Positions 39,436 to 50,013 of a stretch of 64,000 nt of DNA are shown here, in pieces. This stretch comes from an uncultured Candidatus Rokubacteria bacterium (GTDB lineage Bacteria > Methylomirabilota > Methylomirabilia > Rokubacteriales > CSP1-6). The translations under genes and the position numbers were made by a program. The notes beneath the pieces were generated by a model that made no database searches, was not told the origin of the DNA, and worked only from the letters and a program-made list of their open reading frames with translations. The first letter of the stretch is position 1. Every line of letters begins with the position of its first letter. Where the stretch lies: positions 352,001 through 416,000 of the forward strand of contig CAVWFS010000018.1 in assembly GCA_963754315.1 (NCBI GenBank). Direction: 5' to 3'.

Positions 39436-42120
39436 ATGAGCGAGAAGCGGCCCGACCCCGACGCGTTGCTGGCGCACGTCAAAGAGCAGGAGGCGCGCGC
39501 GGCCCGGGGCAAGCTCAAACTCTTCTTCGGGGCAGCGGCCGGTGTCGGGAAAACATATGCCATGCTCGAGGCGGCCCGCGAGCGGCAGGCGGAGGGGATC
39601 GACGTCGTGGTCGGGTACGTCGAAACCCATGGTCGCGCCGAGACTGAGGCGCTTCTCCAGGGGCTGGAGGTGCTTCCCCCGCGGCTGATCGAGTACCGAG
39701 GCGCCACCTTGCGGGAGTTCGACCTGGACGCTGCCCTTGCCCGCCGGCCCGCCATCATCCTCGTTGATGAGCTCGCCCATACCAATGCCGCTGGCTCCCG
39801 CCATACCAAGCGCTGGCAGGACGTCCTCGAGCTGCTCGGGGCCGGCATCGATGTCTACACGACCCTCAACGTGCAGCACCTCGAAAGCCTCAATGACATC
39901 GTGGCCAAGATCACCGGGGTGGTGGTGCGGGAGACGGTCCCCGATTCGGTGCTCGACGAAGCGGATGAGGTCGAGCTGATCGATCTGCCCCCCGACGACC
40001 TCCTGGAGCGGCTCCGGGAAGGAAAGGTCTACGTGCCGGAGCAGGCCCAGGAGGCCATTCGCAACTTCTTCCGCAAGGGGAATCTGATCGCCTTGCGGGA
40101 GCTGGCGCTCCGCCGGACGGCGGAACGAGTGGACGCGCAAATGCGTGTCTACATGCGGGACCACGCCATCGATCAGATCTGGCCGGCGGGGGAGCGGTTG
40201 CTCGTCTGCATCGGTCCGAGCCGCCACTCGGTGCGGCTGGTGCGGGCGGCCAAGCGCATGGCCGATCGGCTGGAAGGTGAGTGGATCGCCGCCTACGTGG
40301 AGACCCCGGCCCACACCAGGCTCTCGCCGGAAGCCCGCGAGCGAGTGGTCAACACGATGCGGCTCGCCGAGCAACTGGGGGCGCGGACGGTCACCCTGAG
40401 CGGCGAGCGCATGAGCGCCGAGATCCTCGCCTTCGCCCGCGAGCGGAACATCACCAAGATCATCGTCGGGAAACCCAGCCGCCGGCTGTGGAGGCGCATC
40501 GTCTTCGGCTCGATCGTGGACGCCCTCGTGGAGGGCAGCGGCGAAGCCGACGTCTACGTCATCAGTGGCGAGGCGGAGGGCCCGTCGCTGGCGGTGCCCC
40601 GACCCCGGCGACCTCGGGCCACAGACTGGTGGCAATACGCACAGGCCGTGAGCGTGGTGGCCGTCGCCACAGGGGTGGCCTGGCTCATGTTTCCCCTTTT
40701 CCAGCCGGCGAACCTCATCATGACGTACCTCCTCGGGGTCATCCTGGTGGCCACGCGCCAGAGCCGCGGGCCCTCGATCCTTGCCTCGGTGTTGAGCGTG
40801 GCGGCCTTCGACTTTTTCTTCGTCCCCCCCTACCTCACGTTTGCCGTCTCCGACGCCGAGTACCTCATCACCTTTGCCGTCATGCTGCTGGTGGGCCTCG
40901 TCATCAGCAGTCTCACCGTGCGCATCCGGAGCCAGGCAGAGGTCGCGCGGGAGCGCGAGCAGCAGACCGCCGCGCTCTACGCCATGAGCCGTGAGTTCGC
41001 GAGCACCCGAGGGATCGATGCGCTCCTGGCCATTGCTATTCGGCACGTCAGCGAGGTCTTCCGGAGTCAGGTGGTGGTGCTCTTGCCCGATAGCACGGGA
41101 CGTCTTGTGCCCCGCGGCGGGGGCCAGTTCGAGGTCGATGCCAACGAGATGGCGGTCAGTCGATGGGTGTACGAGCATCGCCAGGCCGCGGGTCTGGGGA
41201 CGGCGACCCTCCCTGGCGCCCGCGCGCTCTACCTGCCGCTGATGGCACCCCACGGGCCCGTTGGTGTCCTCGGGGTCCGGCCGCCAGCCACGCACGACCT
41301 CGATGCCCCCGAGCGACTTCATCAGCTCGAGACGTTTGCCAACCAGACAGCCCTGGCTTTCGAACGGGCGCGTCTGGCCGACGAGGCGCAGGAGGCTCAA
41401 GTCCGGGCGGAGTCGGAGCGCCTGCAGAACTCCCTCCTGAGCTCGGTCTCCCACGATCTGCGCACGCCACTCACGGCCATCACCGGCGCCGTCAGCACTG
41501 TCCTCGACAACGACGGGCGGCTCGACAGCGACACGCGCCGCGATCTCCTGGAATCGGTGCGCGAGGAAGCCGAGCGTCTCAGCCGGCTCGTCGCCAACCT
41601 GCTCGAGATGACGCGGCTGCAGTCGGGCGCCCTCCGGCTGCAGAACGAGTGGCATCAGGTGGAGGAGGTGGTGGGGGCGGCGCTGCGCAGGCTCCACCGG
41701 CGCTTGGGCCAGCGCACGGTGACGACCCGCATCCTGCCCGATCTGCCCGCCGTCCCCATGGACGACGTGCTCATCGAGCAGGTGCTGGTCAACCTTCTCG
41801 ACAACGTCATCAAGTACACGCCGCCCGACAGCCCCATCGTCATCGTGGCGACCGCCACCGAGGAAGCAGTGACCATCGAGGTGGCCGATCGAGGGCCAGG
41901 CTTGCCCCGGGGTGAGGAGCAGCGGATCTTCGAGAAGTTCTATCGCCTGCCGTCCGATACGGAACGCGGCGCCGGCCTCGGGCTGGCGATCTGCAGGGGC
42001 ATCGTCGAGGCACACGGAGGTCACATCTGGGCGCAGAACCTGCCCGGAGGCGGTGTAGCCTTCCTCTTCACCCTTCCGCTCAAGGCGACAGTGGCGAGCA
42101 AGGTTCCGGCGGGTGCCTGA
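39436..42120 (+). CDS. kdpD: Sensor histidine kinase KdpD
   Basis: GKLKLFFGAAAGVGKTYAML, VDELAHTN, USP region, four TM helices, GAF, and SHDLRTPL H-box. Confidence 0.97.
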   Translation: MSEKRPDPDALLAHVKEQEARAARGKLKLFFGAAAGVGKTYAMLEAARERQAEGIDVVVGYVETHGRAETEALLQGLEVLPPRLIEYRGATLREFDLDAALARRPAIILVDELAHTNAAGSRHTKRWQDVLELLGAGIDVYTTLNVQHLESLNDIVAKITGVVVRETVPDSVLDEADEVELIDLPPDDLLERLREGKVYVPEQAQEAIRNFFRKGNLIALRELALRRTAERVDAQMRVYMRDHAIDQIWPAGERLLVCIGPSRHSVRLVRAAKRMADRLEGEWIAAYVETPAHTRLSPEARERVVNTMRLAEQLGARTVTLSGERMSAEILAFARERNITKIIVGKPSRRLWRRIVFGSIVDALVEGSGEADVYVISGEAEGPSLAVPRPRRPRATDWWQYAQAVSVVAVATGVAWLMFPLFQPANLIMTYLLGVILVATRQSRGPSILASVLSVAAFDFFFVPPYLTFAVSDAEYLITFAVMLLVGLVISSLTVRIRSQAEVAREREQQTAALYAMSREFASTRGIDALLAIAIRHVSEVFRSQVVVLLPDSTGRLVPRGGGQFEVDANEMAVSRWVYEHRQAAGLGTATLPGARALYLPLMAPHGPVGVLGVRPPATHDLDAPERLHQLETFANQTALAFERARLADEAQEAQVRAESERLQNSLLSSVSHDLRTPLTAITGAVSTVLDNDGRLDSDTRRDLLESVREEAERLSRLVANLLEMTRLQSGALRLQNEWHQVEEVVGAALRRLHRRLGQRTVTTRILPDLPAVPMDDVLIEQVLVNLLDNVIKYTPPDSPIVIVATATEEAVTIEVADRGPGLPRGEEQRIFEKFYRLPSDTERGAGLGLAICRGIVEAHGGHIWAQNLPGGGVAFLFTLPLKATVASKVPAGA

Positions 42121-42796
42121 TCCAACCGTCCTGCTCGTCGAGGACGAGTTGGCGATTCGACGGTTCCTGCGCCCGGCACTCACCAGTCAGGGTTACCGCC
42201 TGTTCGAGGCGGCCACGGGAGCCGATGCGCTGGCCGATGCGGCCACCCGTCAGCCCGACGTGGTCATCCTCGACCTCGGCCTCCCTGACATGGATGGCCT
42301 GGAGGTCATCCGCCGGCTTCGGGAATGGACGTCGGTACCCATCATCGTCCTCTCGGCCCGCGGGCAGGAGCGCGACAAGGTCAGCGCGCTGGATGCCGGG
42401 GCAGATGACTACGTGGGCAAGCCTTTCGGGCCCGAAGAGCTGCTCGCCCGAATCCGGGCGGCGTTGCGTCGTCGGGCCACGGGAGCGGACGACGAGCCCA
42501 CGTTCGCGGTTGGTGAGCTCAAGGTCGATCTCGCTCACCGCCGCGTCTCGGTCGGGGAGCGCGAGGTTCACCTGACGCCCATCGAGTACCGGCTGCTCGT
42601 CTCGCTGGTGCGTGACGCCGGTAAGGTTCTGACGCACCGGCATCTACTGCGGGAGGTGTGGGGGCCGCACGCCGAGGACGCCCACACGTTGCGCGTACAC
42701 ATGGCGCAGCTGCGTCGCAAGCTGGAGACAGAACCGGCGAACCCGCGCTACGTGCTGACGGAGCCTGGGGTCGGATATCGGCTGAGCGCGGAATGA
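42113..42796 (+). CDS. kdpE: OmpR-family response regulator KdpE
   Basis: LDLGLPDMDG, ALDAGADDY, LRVHMAQLRRKLE and TEPGVGYRL motifs; overlaps kdpD. Confidence 0.95.
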   Translation: MPDPTVLLVEDELAIRRFLRPALTSQGYRLFEAATGADALADAATRQPDVVILDLGLPDMDGLEVIRRLREWTSVPIIVLSARGQERDKVSALDAGADDYVGKPFGPEELLARIRAALRRRATGADDEPTFAVGELKVDLAHRRVSVGEREVHLTPIEYRLLVSLVRDAGKVLTHRHLLREVWGPHAEDAHTLRVHMAQLRRKLETEPANPRYVLTEPGVGYRLSAE

Positions 42797-42912
42797 CACT
42801 CCAAGCCAGGACCGGGCCGGCGCGCACGTACGTGGACGCCGCTCATGAGAGTACGCTATAAGCGTCATCGCGTATGGTTGCCGCTATGGAGCGCCGGGAA
42901 AGGAGCGTCACG

Positions 42913-43839
42913 ATGGGGCGGGCCAGAACCATCTTGTTGGCCGTCGTCGCCGCGAGCCTCCTCTGCTGGCTCGGCTCGACCGAGAGCCAGGAACGGCTGA
43001 TCAAGGGAGAGGACGGCGCCGACATGGTTCTCGTGCCGGCAGGGGCATTCTGGATGGGAAGCGCACCCGAGGACATCCAGGTCCGGATCGACGAGTGTGA
43101 GCGGACTGTGAAGCCCGAGAACCGGACCAAGTGCAGCGAATGGTTCGGCGACGAGGCACCCCAGCGGCAAGTGTTCCTCGACGCTTTCTACATCGACCGA
43201 TACGAGGTCACCAACACGCGTTTCGAAAAGTTCGCATCGACCAATTCCTACCGGACCACCGCGGAAGCCGAGGGCTGGGGCTGGGTACACCAGCAGAAGA
43301 ACGGCAAACCGCAGTGGGAGAGACTGAAAGGTGCGACGTGGCGAGCCCCGGGCGGACCCGGCACGACCGCGGCCGGCATGCATCCTGTCGTGCAGGTCTC
43401 GTGGTATGACGCCGACGCGTACTGCAAGTGGGCAGGCAAGCGACTCCCGACCGAAGCCGAATGGGAGAAGGCAGCGCGAGGGGTCGACGGGCGACGCTAT
43501 CCGTGGGGAGAAGACTGGAACCCCTCCCGATCCAACGGCGACATGGGAGTCAAGGCTACCCGTCCCATCGGCAGCTATCCGGCCGGAACGAGTCCCTATG
43601 ATCTCCACGACATGTCGGGGAACGTGTTCGAGTGGGTGGTGGACTGGTACGATCCAGCCTTCTACCGGAAGGCGCAGGACAGAAACCCGTCCGGTCCCGC
43701 CAGCGGCGACCAGCGCGTCCTGCGCGGAGGCGCCTGGCACTCGCGCCCGATCGCGCTCCGGGTGGCCAGCCGCGGCAGCGGCGTTCCGGAGTTCCGGTAC
43801 AACTACACCGGCTTCCGATGCGCCCGGGGAATCCGTTAG
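42913..43839 (+). CDS. Secreted FGE-sulfatase (SUMF1/EgtB-like) domain protein
   Basis: Signal peptide; YEVTN, HPVVQVSW, RLPTEAEWEKAARG, DMSGNVFEW and GFRCA motifs; lacks the catalytic CxxxxC of true FGE. Confidence 0.85.
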   Translation: MGRARTILLAVVAASLLCWLGSTESQERLIKGEDGADMVLVPAGAFWMGSAPEDIQVRIDECERTVKPENRTKCSEWFGDEAPQRQVFLDAFYIDRYEVTNTRFEKFASTNSYRTTAEAEGWGWVHQQKNGKPQWERLKGATWRAPGGPGTTAAGMHPVVQVSWYDADAYCKWAGKRLPTEAEWEKAARGVDGRRYPWGEDWNPSRSNGDMGVKATRPIGSYPAGTSPYDLHDMSGNVFEWVVDWYDPAFYRKAQDRNPSGPASGDQRVLRGGAWHSRPIALRVASRGSGVPEFRYNYTGFRCARGIR

Positions 43840-43861
43840 GAGCCCTCGAGCGGGACGCCTG

Positions 43862-45025
43862 ATGGCGGGGGCGTTCAAACAGCAGTACGAGTCGCTGTTC
43901 GGTCAGCCGTGGGCGGTGGGGAGTGCGGCCATCCTGGTCGCGGCCATCAACGTGTTCCTCTTTGCCTTCGACCGCCCCTGGACGGCCTCGGATGGCGTGC
44001 GTAACTGGGGGGACTGGATCTTGACCTTCCTCGGCGTGCTGAGGCGGCCCGATCTGGTGGCGCCCTGGTTCTACTCGGGGTCGCTCATCGACATCGGCGT
44101 GCTGCTGGGTGGCCTCGTCGCCGCCCTGCTGGCCCGCGAGTTCGCCATCCGGGTGCCTCCCGTCGGCGAGCTCATCAAAGGTGGCATGGGCGGCACCTTG
44201 ATGGGCACGGGCGCCATGCTGGCCTTCGGCTGCAACATCGGGGGGTTTTTCAGTGCCACCAGCGCGCTTTCGCTCTCTGGTCTCGGCATGATGCTGGGTC
44301 TCCTCGGGGGGGCCTGGCTCGGGCTCCGCTACATGGTCTGGGAGATGGAGCATCGCCCCGATTGGTCCAGCGGCCGGGCGCGCGTTCTCGCTCGCGCCCG
44401 ACCGGAGGGTAGCCGCCAGCCGATCGTCGGGGCCCTTGTCTTGTTGCTGCTGCTGCTCATGCCGTTCGTGTACGGACGCAGCGGTTACGTCCCACAGGGA
44501 GTGTTCCTGCTCTTCGGGGTGGCCTTCGGCTTCGTGTTCCAGCGCTCTCGCTTTTGCCTGGTCCGGGCGTTCCGCGAGCCATTCATGACGGGAGACGGTG
44601 AGCACACGCGCGCGGCGGCCCTGGCCGTCGTGCTCAGCATGCTAGGCTTCGCCGTGCTCAAGTTCACCGACCTCAAGGATCGAGGCGAGTGGGTATTCGC
44701 GAGCGCGGGCATCGGTGCCCTGCTCGGTGGGCTGCTCTTCGGGGTTGGTATGACCTTGGCGGGAGGATGCGGGGCCGGCGCGATCTGGCGGGCCGGGGAG
44801 GGACAGGTGAAGCTCTGGGTGGCGGTGGCCTTCTTCGGTCTGAGCGCATCGCTGGCTCGACTGATCCTGCAGCACACGGGTGCGCTGCAGAAGCTCGGGT
44901 GGGCCGTATTCTTGCCGTCGACGGTGGGTTGGGCAGGCGCCATCCTCCTCGTGGTGGCGGTGATGGTGGCGTGGGCAACCTGGGCCACGTGGAACGAGGA
45001 CTCGCGAAGGTTCAGCCTGCTCTAG
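43862..45025 (+). CDS. YeeE/YedE-family thiosulfate/sulfur-compound transporter
   Basis: FGCNIGG, QRSRFCL and LAGGCGAG conserved-Cys motifs; many TM helices. Confidence 0.85.
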   Translation: MAGAFKQQYESLFGQPWAVGSAAILVAAINVFLFAFDRPWTASDGVRNWGDWILTFLGVLRRPDLVAPWFYSGSLIDIGVLLGGLVAALLAREFAIRVPPVGELIKGGMGGTLMGTGAMLAFGCNIGGFFSATSALSLSGLGMMLGLLGGAWLGLRYMVWEMEHRPDWSSGRARVLARARPEGSRQPIVGALVLLLLLLMPFVYGRSGYVPQGVFLLFGVAFGFVFQRSRFCLVRAFREPFMTGDGEHTRAAALAVVLSMLGFAVLKFTDLKDRGEWVFASAGIGALLGGLLFGVGMTLAGGCGAGAIWRAGEGQVKLWVAVAFFGLSASLARLILQHTGALQKLGWAVFLPSTVGWAGAILLVVAVMVAWATWATWNEDSRRFSLL

Positions 45026-45035
45026 ACTAGGACCC

Positions 45036-46565
45036 ATGCGCTACGGGTTCGTGATCGATCAGCGGAAGTGCATCGGTTGCCACGCGTGCACGGTGGCCTG
45101 CAAGGAGGAGAATCGGGTCCCGCTCGGAGTCTTTCGCACGTGGGTGAAGTACATCGAGCGTGGAACGTTCCCCGATACGCGCCGGTACTTCTCGGTGCTG
45201 CGCTGTAATCACTGCGACACAGCGCCCTGCGTGGCGATCTGTCCGACCGTCGCCCTTTATCGTCGCCCCGACGGCATCGTCGATTTCGACGGCAGCCGCT
45301 GCATCGGCTGCAAGTCGTGCATGCAAGCCTGTCCGTACGACGCGCTCTATATCGACCCCGACACCAACACTGCGGCCAAGTGCAACTACTGTGCGCACCG
45401 CGTAGAGGTCGGTCTCGAGCCGGCCTGCGTCATCGTCTGCCCCGAGCAGGCCATCGTGGCCGGCGACCTCGATGATCCGTCCACCACCATCGCGCGACTG
45501 GTGGCCACCGAGCAAGTACAGGTGCGAAAGCCCGAGCAGGGTACCCGCCCCAAGGTGTTCTACCTCGGGGCCGATGCTGCCGCCCTGTCGCCGACCTTAC
45601 AGAAGACCTCTGAGCGCTTCATGTGGGCGCAGCGGTCGGCCGCGGATCTCGACCTCGTGCGCATGGTGGCTGCTGCCCACGACCCCGTCGAGGCCGACGG
45701 GGCGCTGAGCCGGCCCGTCTACGACGTGTCGCACCTGCCGCGGCCGTGGGGCAGCCGGGTCGCCGCCTATCTCTGGACGAAGTCAATTGCCGCCGGGGTG
45801 CTCATGGTTGGAGCGGCAGGGGTGCTGGCCGGCAGCGCGCAAGGGGGTCGCCTCACCGGCCTGGCGGCACCGGTGATCGCCCTGCTGTTCCTCGCCCTCA
45901 CGACCGGGCTGTTGATCGGCGATCTCAAGCGGCCGGACCGCTTTCACTACATCCTGACCAAGGGCAACCGCACCTCATGGCTCGTGTGGGGAGCCTGGAT
46001 CCTCATGGCCTACGGGGCGGTCGGTCTCGTCTGGTTGCTGGCCGCCTTCACCGAAAACGTCGGCCTCCTTCGGCTGCTCGCCATACCGGCCATCGTTCTG
46101 GGAGGGGCGGCAGCGGGATATAGCGCATTCCTGTTCGGGCAGGCGGAGGGGCGTGACTTCTGGCAGAGCCCCCTGCTCCTACCTCAGCTCCTGGTGGCGG
46201 CCCTCGTGGCCGGCGCTGCTTCGTTGATCCTGTTGCACGTGATTCTTGGCGGCGAACCCGGCAAACTGGCGCCCCTCGCCCTTGTCTTCGCGGCGAGTCT
46301 CGTGCTCCATGCGGTCGTGCTCCTGGCGGAGCTGTTCGGAGCGCACGCGAGCCTCGACGTCGGGCGCACCGCCAAGCTGATCACCCGGGGGCCCTTCTGC
46401 CGCGCGTTCTGGATCGGGGTGGTGGGTACAGGTCTTGTCCTTCCGTTGATCCTGCTCTGGTTCGGAACTCCCGGCGCGGTGGTGGCCGCCGGGCTGGCCC
46501 TGGCCGGGCTTTGGATCTACGAGGATCTGTGGGTCAAGGCCGGTCAATCGCTTCCATTGAGCTGA
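45036..46565 (+). CDS. Fused four-cluster FeS protein (NrfC/PsrB/DmsB-like) and NrfD/PsrC membrane anchor
   Basis: CIGCHAC, CNHC..PC...CP, CIGCKSCMQACP and CNYC motifs, followed by PWG..VAAYLW and DLKRPDRF (NrfD). Confidence 0.9.
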   Translation: MRYGFVIDQRKCIGCHACTVACKEENRVPLGVFRTWVKYIERGTFPDTRRYFSVLRCNHCDTAPCVAICPTVALYRRPDGIVDFDGSRCIGCKSCMQACPYDALYIDPDTNTAAKCNYCAHRVEVGLEPACVIVCPEQAIVAGDLDDPSTTIARLVATEQVQVRKPEQGTRPKVFYLGADAAALSPTLQKTSERFMWAQRSAADLDLVRMVAAAHDPVEADGALSRPVYDVSHLPRPWGSRVAAYLWTKSIAAGVLMVGAAGVLAGSAQGGRLTGLAAPVIALLFLALTTGLLIGDLKRPDRFHYILTKGNRTSWLVWGAWILMAYGAVGLVWLLAAFTENVGLLRLLAIPAIVLGGAAAGYSAFLFGQAEGRDFWQSPLLLPQLLVAALVAGAASLILLHVILGGEPGKLAPLALVFAASLVLHAVVLLAELFGAHASLDVGRTAKLITRGPFCRAFWIGVVGTGLVLPLILLWFGTPGAVVAAGLALAGLWIYEDLWVKAGQSLPLS

Positions 46566-46569
46566 GGAG

Positions 46570-49398
46570 ATGAGCGAAAGGATGACCATCGAGCCCTTAC
46601 ATCCTGCCGCACGCGAGTTGCCGGCGCCCGGGGGCGGCCTCGCCAGCTACCCACCGGTTGAGCGCTGGAACGACTGGATGGAGTACGACCCCGTCGCGTG
46701 GCCGCGAAAGGTGGAACGCCGGTACGCGCTTATTCCGACGATCTGCTTCAACTGTGAGGCGGCCTGCGGGCTGCTCGCCTACGTTGACAAGCAGACCCTG
46801 CAGATCCAGAAGTTCGAGGGTAATCCGACACACCCCGGCAGTCGCGGCCGCAACTGTGCCAAGGGCCCGGCAACCCTCAATCAGGTCTACGACCCGGAGC
46901 GCATCCGCCATCCGCTTCGACGGGTGGGCCCCCGCGGCGGAGGGCAGTGGGAGACGGTCACGTGGGACGAGGTCCTTGACGACATCGCCGGCCGCATCCG
47001 GCTGGCGCTGCTGGAGGGCCGTCCGAAGGAGATCATGTACCATCTCGGCCGGCCGGGCCACGAGCTCGTGTATCTGCAGCGCGTGTTCCATGCGTGGGGG
47101 ATCGACGGCCACAACAGCCACACCAACGTCTGCTCCGCGAGTGCGCGTGCGGGTTACGCCTTCTGGCACGGCATGGACCGTCCCTCGCCCGACCATGCCA
47201 ACGCACGAGTCATCCTGCTCCTCTCGTCGCATCTGGAGACGGGCCACTACTTCAACCCCCACGCTCAGCGGATCATCGAGGCGAAGATGCGGGGGGCACA
47301 GGTGTGTGTCATCGACACGCGGCTCAGCAACACGGCCTCCATGGCTGACTGGTGGCTGTCGCCGTGGCCGGGCTCGGAGGCGGCGATCCTTCTTGCCATT
47401 GCTAACCTCCTGGTTCAGGAACGGCGATACGACCGCGAGTTCGTTCGCCGGTGGACGAACTGGGAGGAGTACCTACGTTCCGAGCGCCCTGACCTCCCCC
47501 TGACCTTCGAGGCTTTCGAGCAGGCGCTACGGGAGCTGTATGCGGTCTACACGCCAGAGTTTGCGCAGGCGGAGAGCGGCGTGGAGGCGGTCAAGATCAT
47601 CGAGGTGGCCAGGGCTATCGGGCGCGCGGGCTCGGCCCTCGCCACGCACATCTGGCGGAATACGGCCGCCGGCAATCTCGGGGGATGGCAGGTGGCACGT
47701 GCCCTCGAGTGGATCGTGGTTCTGATGGGGGCGGTCAGCACGGAGGGTGGAACGGCGCCCAGCGCGTGGAACAAGGCCGTCCCGGCGCCACCGATGATGC
47801 CGCCGCCCGGGAAGATCTGGAGCGAGCTTCTGATGCCGAGGGAGTACCCGCTCGCTTTCTTCGAGATGAGTTTTCTGCTGCCCCACTTGCTGCGAGAGGG
47901 CCGCGGCAAGCTCGCCATGTACTTCACCCGCGTCTACAACCCCGTGTGGACCAATCCCGACGGCATGTCGTGGGTGGAGATGCTCTCCGATGAGGCCAAA
48001 GTGGAGCGCCACGCCTGCCTGACACCCGTGTGGAGCGAAACGGCTTGGTTTGCGGACTACGTGCTGCCCATGGGTGTCGGCTCGGAACGCCACGATCTCA
48101 TGTCCCAGGAGACGCATGCTGCCCGCTGGATCGGCTTCCGACAGCCCGTCCTGCGTGTCGCCCTCGAGCGGGAGGGGAAGACCTTCGATTGGACGTGGCA
48201 AGCCCACGAGGCGGCCGGCATCGGCCAGGTGTGGGAAGAGGACGAGTTCTGGATTGCGCTCTCGTGGCGCATCGATCCCGACGGTGCGCTCGGCATCCGG
48301 AAGTACTTCGAATCACCCTACCGGCCTGGACAGATGCTGCGGGTGGAGGAGTTCTACCGCTGGATCTTCGAGCACAGCGTGGCCGGCCTTCCCGAAGCCG
48401 CCCGCGCCGAGGGCCTCACGCCGCTTGCGTACATGCGCAAGTATGGGTCGTTCCTCGTGGAGGACGGGGTGTACCGGACGCACGAGCAGCCCATTTCGGC
48501 CCACGAACTCGAGGGGGCCGTGGTGGATCCGCTCACCAAGATCGCGGCCAAGAATGGAACCGCGGTCGGTGTCGAGATCGACGGGCAGGTGTGTCTCGGC
48601 TTCCCGACGCCGTCGCGCAAGCTCGAGTTCTTCTCCCCGACCTTGAAGGCGTGGAAATGGCCAGAACAGGCGGTGCCAGGCTACATCCGCAGCCACGTCG
48701 CTCGGAAGGCGATCGATCGCGAGCGGGGAGAAATGGTCTTGCTTCCCACGTTCCGGCTGCCAACCTTGATCCACACGCGCTCGGGGAATGCCAAGTGGCT
48801 CTACGAGATCTCGCACACGAACCCGCTGTGGCTCCACCCCGAGGATGCGGCGCGCGTGGGCGTGGCCACCGACGATCTCTTGAAGGTCTCCACGCGCATT
48901 GGCTATTTCGTCGACCGGGTCTGGGTGACGGAGTCGATCCGTCCCGGGGTCGTCGCCTGCTCGCATCATCTCGGGCGCTGGCGGCTCAGCGAGGATACGG
49001 GCGGCGAGCGTTGGTCGACCGCCCTCGTCGACCTGCGCCAGACGGCGCCAGGGCAATGGCGCATGCGGCAGATTCACGGCGTCCGCCCCTTCCTGAGCGA
49101 CGATAGGGACTCGCAGCGGATCTGGTGGCAAGACGCGGGTGTGCACCAGAACCTTACGTTTCCCGTCCAGCCCGATCCGGTCAGCGGTCAGCACTGCTGG
49201 CACCAGAAGGTGACCGTGACCAAGCCGGGCCCCGACGACCACTACGGCGACGTCTTCGTCGATACCGCCAAGTCCTTCGAGGTGTATCGCGAGTGGCTGG
49301 CACTGGCTCGCCCCGCCCCTGGCCCCGCTGGCTTGCGACGGCCGCTCTGGTTACCCCGTGCCTTCAAGCCGGACGCGTCGGCGTACAAGCTTTCCTGA
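46570..49398 (+). CDS. Molybdopterin oxidoreductase catalytic subunit (DMSO reductase family; PsrA/PhsA/ArrA-like), no Tat signal
   Basis: CFNCEAAC...NCAKG FeS motif, HNSHTNVCS (putative Mo-ligating Cys), SETAWFADYVLP, GFPTPSRKLEF and LWLHPEDA. Confidence 0.85.
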   Translation: MSERMTIEPLHPAARELPAPGGGLASYPPVERWNDWMEYDPVAWPRKVERRYALIPTICFNCEAACGLLAYVDKQTLQIQKFEGNPTHPGSRGRNCAKGPATLNQVYDPERIRHPLRRVGPRGGGQWETVTWDEVLDDIAGRIRLALLEGRPKEIMYHLGRPGHELVYLQRVFHAWGIDGHNSHTNVCSASARAGYAFWHGMDRPSPDHANARVILLLSSHLETGHYFNPHAQRIIEAKMRGAQVCVIDTRLSNTASMADWWLSPWPGSEAAILLAIANLLVQERRYDREFVRRWTNWEEYLRSERPDLPLTFEAFEQALRELYAVYTPEFAQAESGVEAVKIIEVARAIGRAGSALATHIWRNTAAGNLGGWQVARALEWIVVLMGAVSTEGGTAPSAWNKAVPAPPMMPPPGKIWSELLMPREYPLAFFEMSFLLPHLLREGRGKLAMYFTRVYNPVWTNPDGMSWVEMLSDEAKVERHACLTPVWSETAWFADYVLPMGVGSERHDLMSQETHAARWIGFRQPVLRVALEREGKTFDWTWQAHEAAGIGQVWEEDEFWIALSWRIDPDGALGIRKYFESPYRPGQMLRVEEFYRWIFEHSVAGLPEAARAEGLTPLAYMRKYGSFLVEDGVYRTHEQPISAHELEGAVVDPLTKIAAKNGTAVGVEIDGQVCLGFPTPSRKLEFFSPTLKAWKWPEQAVPGYIRSHVARKAIDRERGEMVLLPTFRLPTLIHTRSGNAKWLYEISHTNPLWLHPEDAARVGVATDDLLKVSTRIGYFVDRVWVTESIRPGVVACSHHLGRWRLSEDTGGERWSTALVDLRQTAPGQWRMRQIHGVRPFLSDDRDSQRIWWQDAGVHQNLTFPVQPDPVSGQHCWHQKVTVTKPGPDDHYGDVFVDTAKSFEVYREWLALARPAPGPAGLRRPLWLPRAFKPDASAYKLS

Positions 49399-49472
49399 CC
49401 CGGCTCTTCCCCAGACGGGGGAAATGTTGTGCTGGACCGAGATTTCACGGAAACTGTGCTGGAGGACAGCAC

Positions 49473-49999
49473 ATGGGAGGAAGGCGCCGGATGCGGAATG
49501 CCGATGGGAGGGCCGAGGAGGCCGCCTGACCCGACGCTCGATCCTCAACGGGTTAGGAGTCCTGGGGGCGGCCGTGGCCACTGGCGCCTTCGGGGGGCCT
49601 TCAACGGCAGTGGCGCAGGCCCTCGGAGCACAGGAGCCGGTCGAGGCTGCCCTGAAGCGATTTTTCGGGACACGACCGCTGAAGGACGGCAGTGGGCTAG
49701 TCAAGCTCGAGATCCCCCTCATCGCCGAGAACGGGGCGGTCGTCCCGGTATCCGTCGAGGTCAGTTCCCCCATGACACCCAATGACCACGTGAAGCACAT
49801 CTACATCGTGGCGGACAAGAATCGGATCCCGATTGTCTCGCGGGTGACGTTGACCCCGGCCGCTGGGCAGGCGTACGTGGCCGAGAACATCCGGCTGGGC
49901 GAGACCGGTGATGTGCGCGCCATCGTGGAGCAGAGTGACGGGACACTGCTCCAGGTCAAGCGCGCAGTCAGGGTTACCGTGAGCGGCTGCGCCGCCTAG
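49473..49999 (+). CDS. soxY: Sulfur carrier protein SoxY (start uncertain; probable frameshift near 49520)
   Basis: Tat-like RRSILNG, PLIAENGAVVPV, and C-terminal VRVTVSGCAA. The RBS-preceded ATGs at 49473 and 49491 are one base out of frame. Confidence 0.82.
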
Positions 50000-50013
50000 G
50001 GCACGAGGAGGCC

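Noticed and set aside
32779..42183. Long antisense ORFs (606, 837 and 993 aa) over kdpA, kdpB and kdpD
   Set aside because: Shadow frames typical of high-GC coding DNA; no recognisable motifs.
42913..43839. True formylglycine-generating enzyme
   Set aside because: The catalytic Cys pair is absent (RGGAWHSRPIALR) and no sulfatase is adjacent.
46570..49398. Calling the Mo enzyme a formate dehydrogenase or arsenate reductase
   Set aside because: No FDH-type (C/U)H active-site motif and no Tat signal; the substrate cannot be assigned from motifs.
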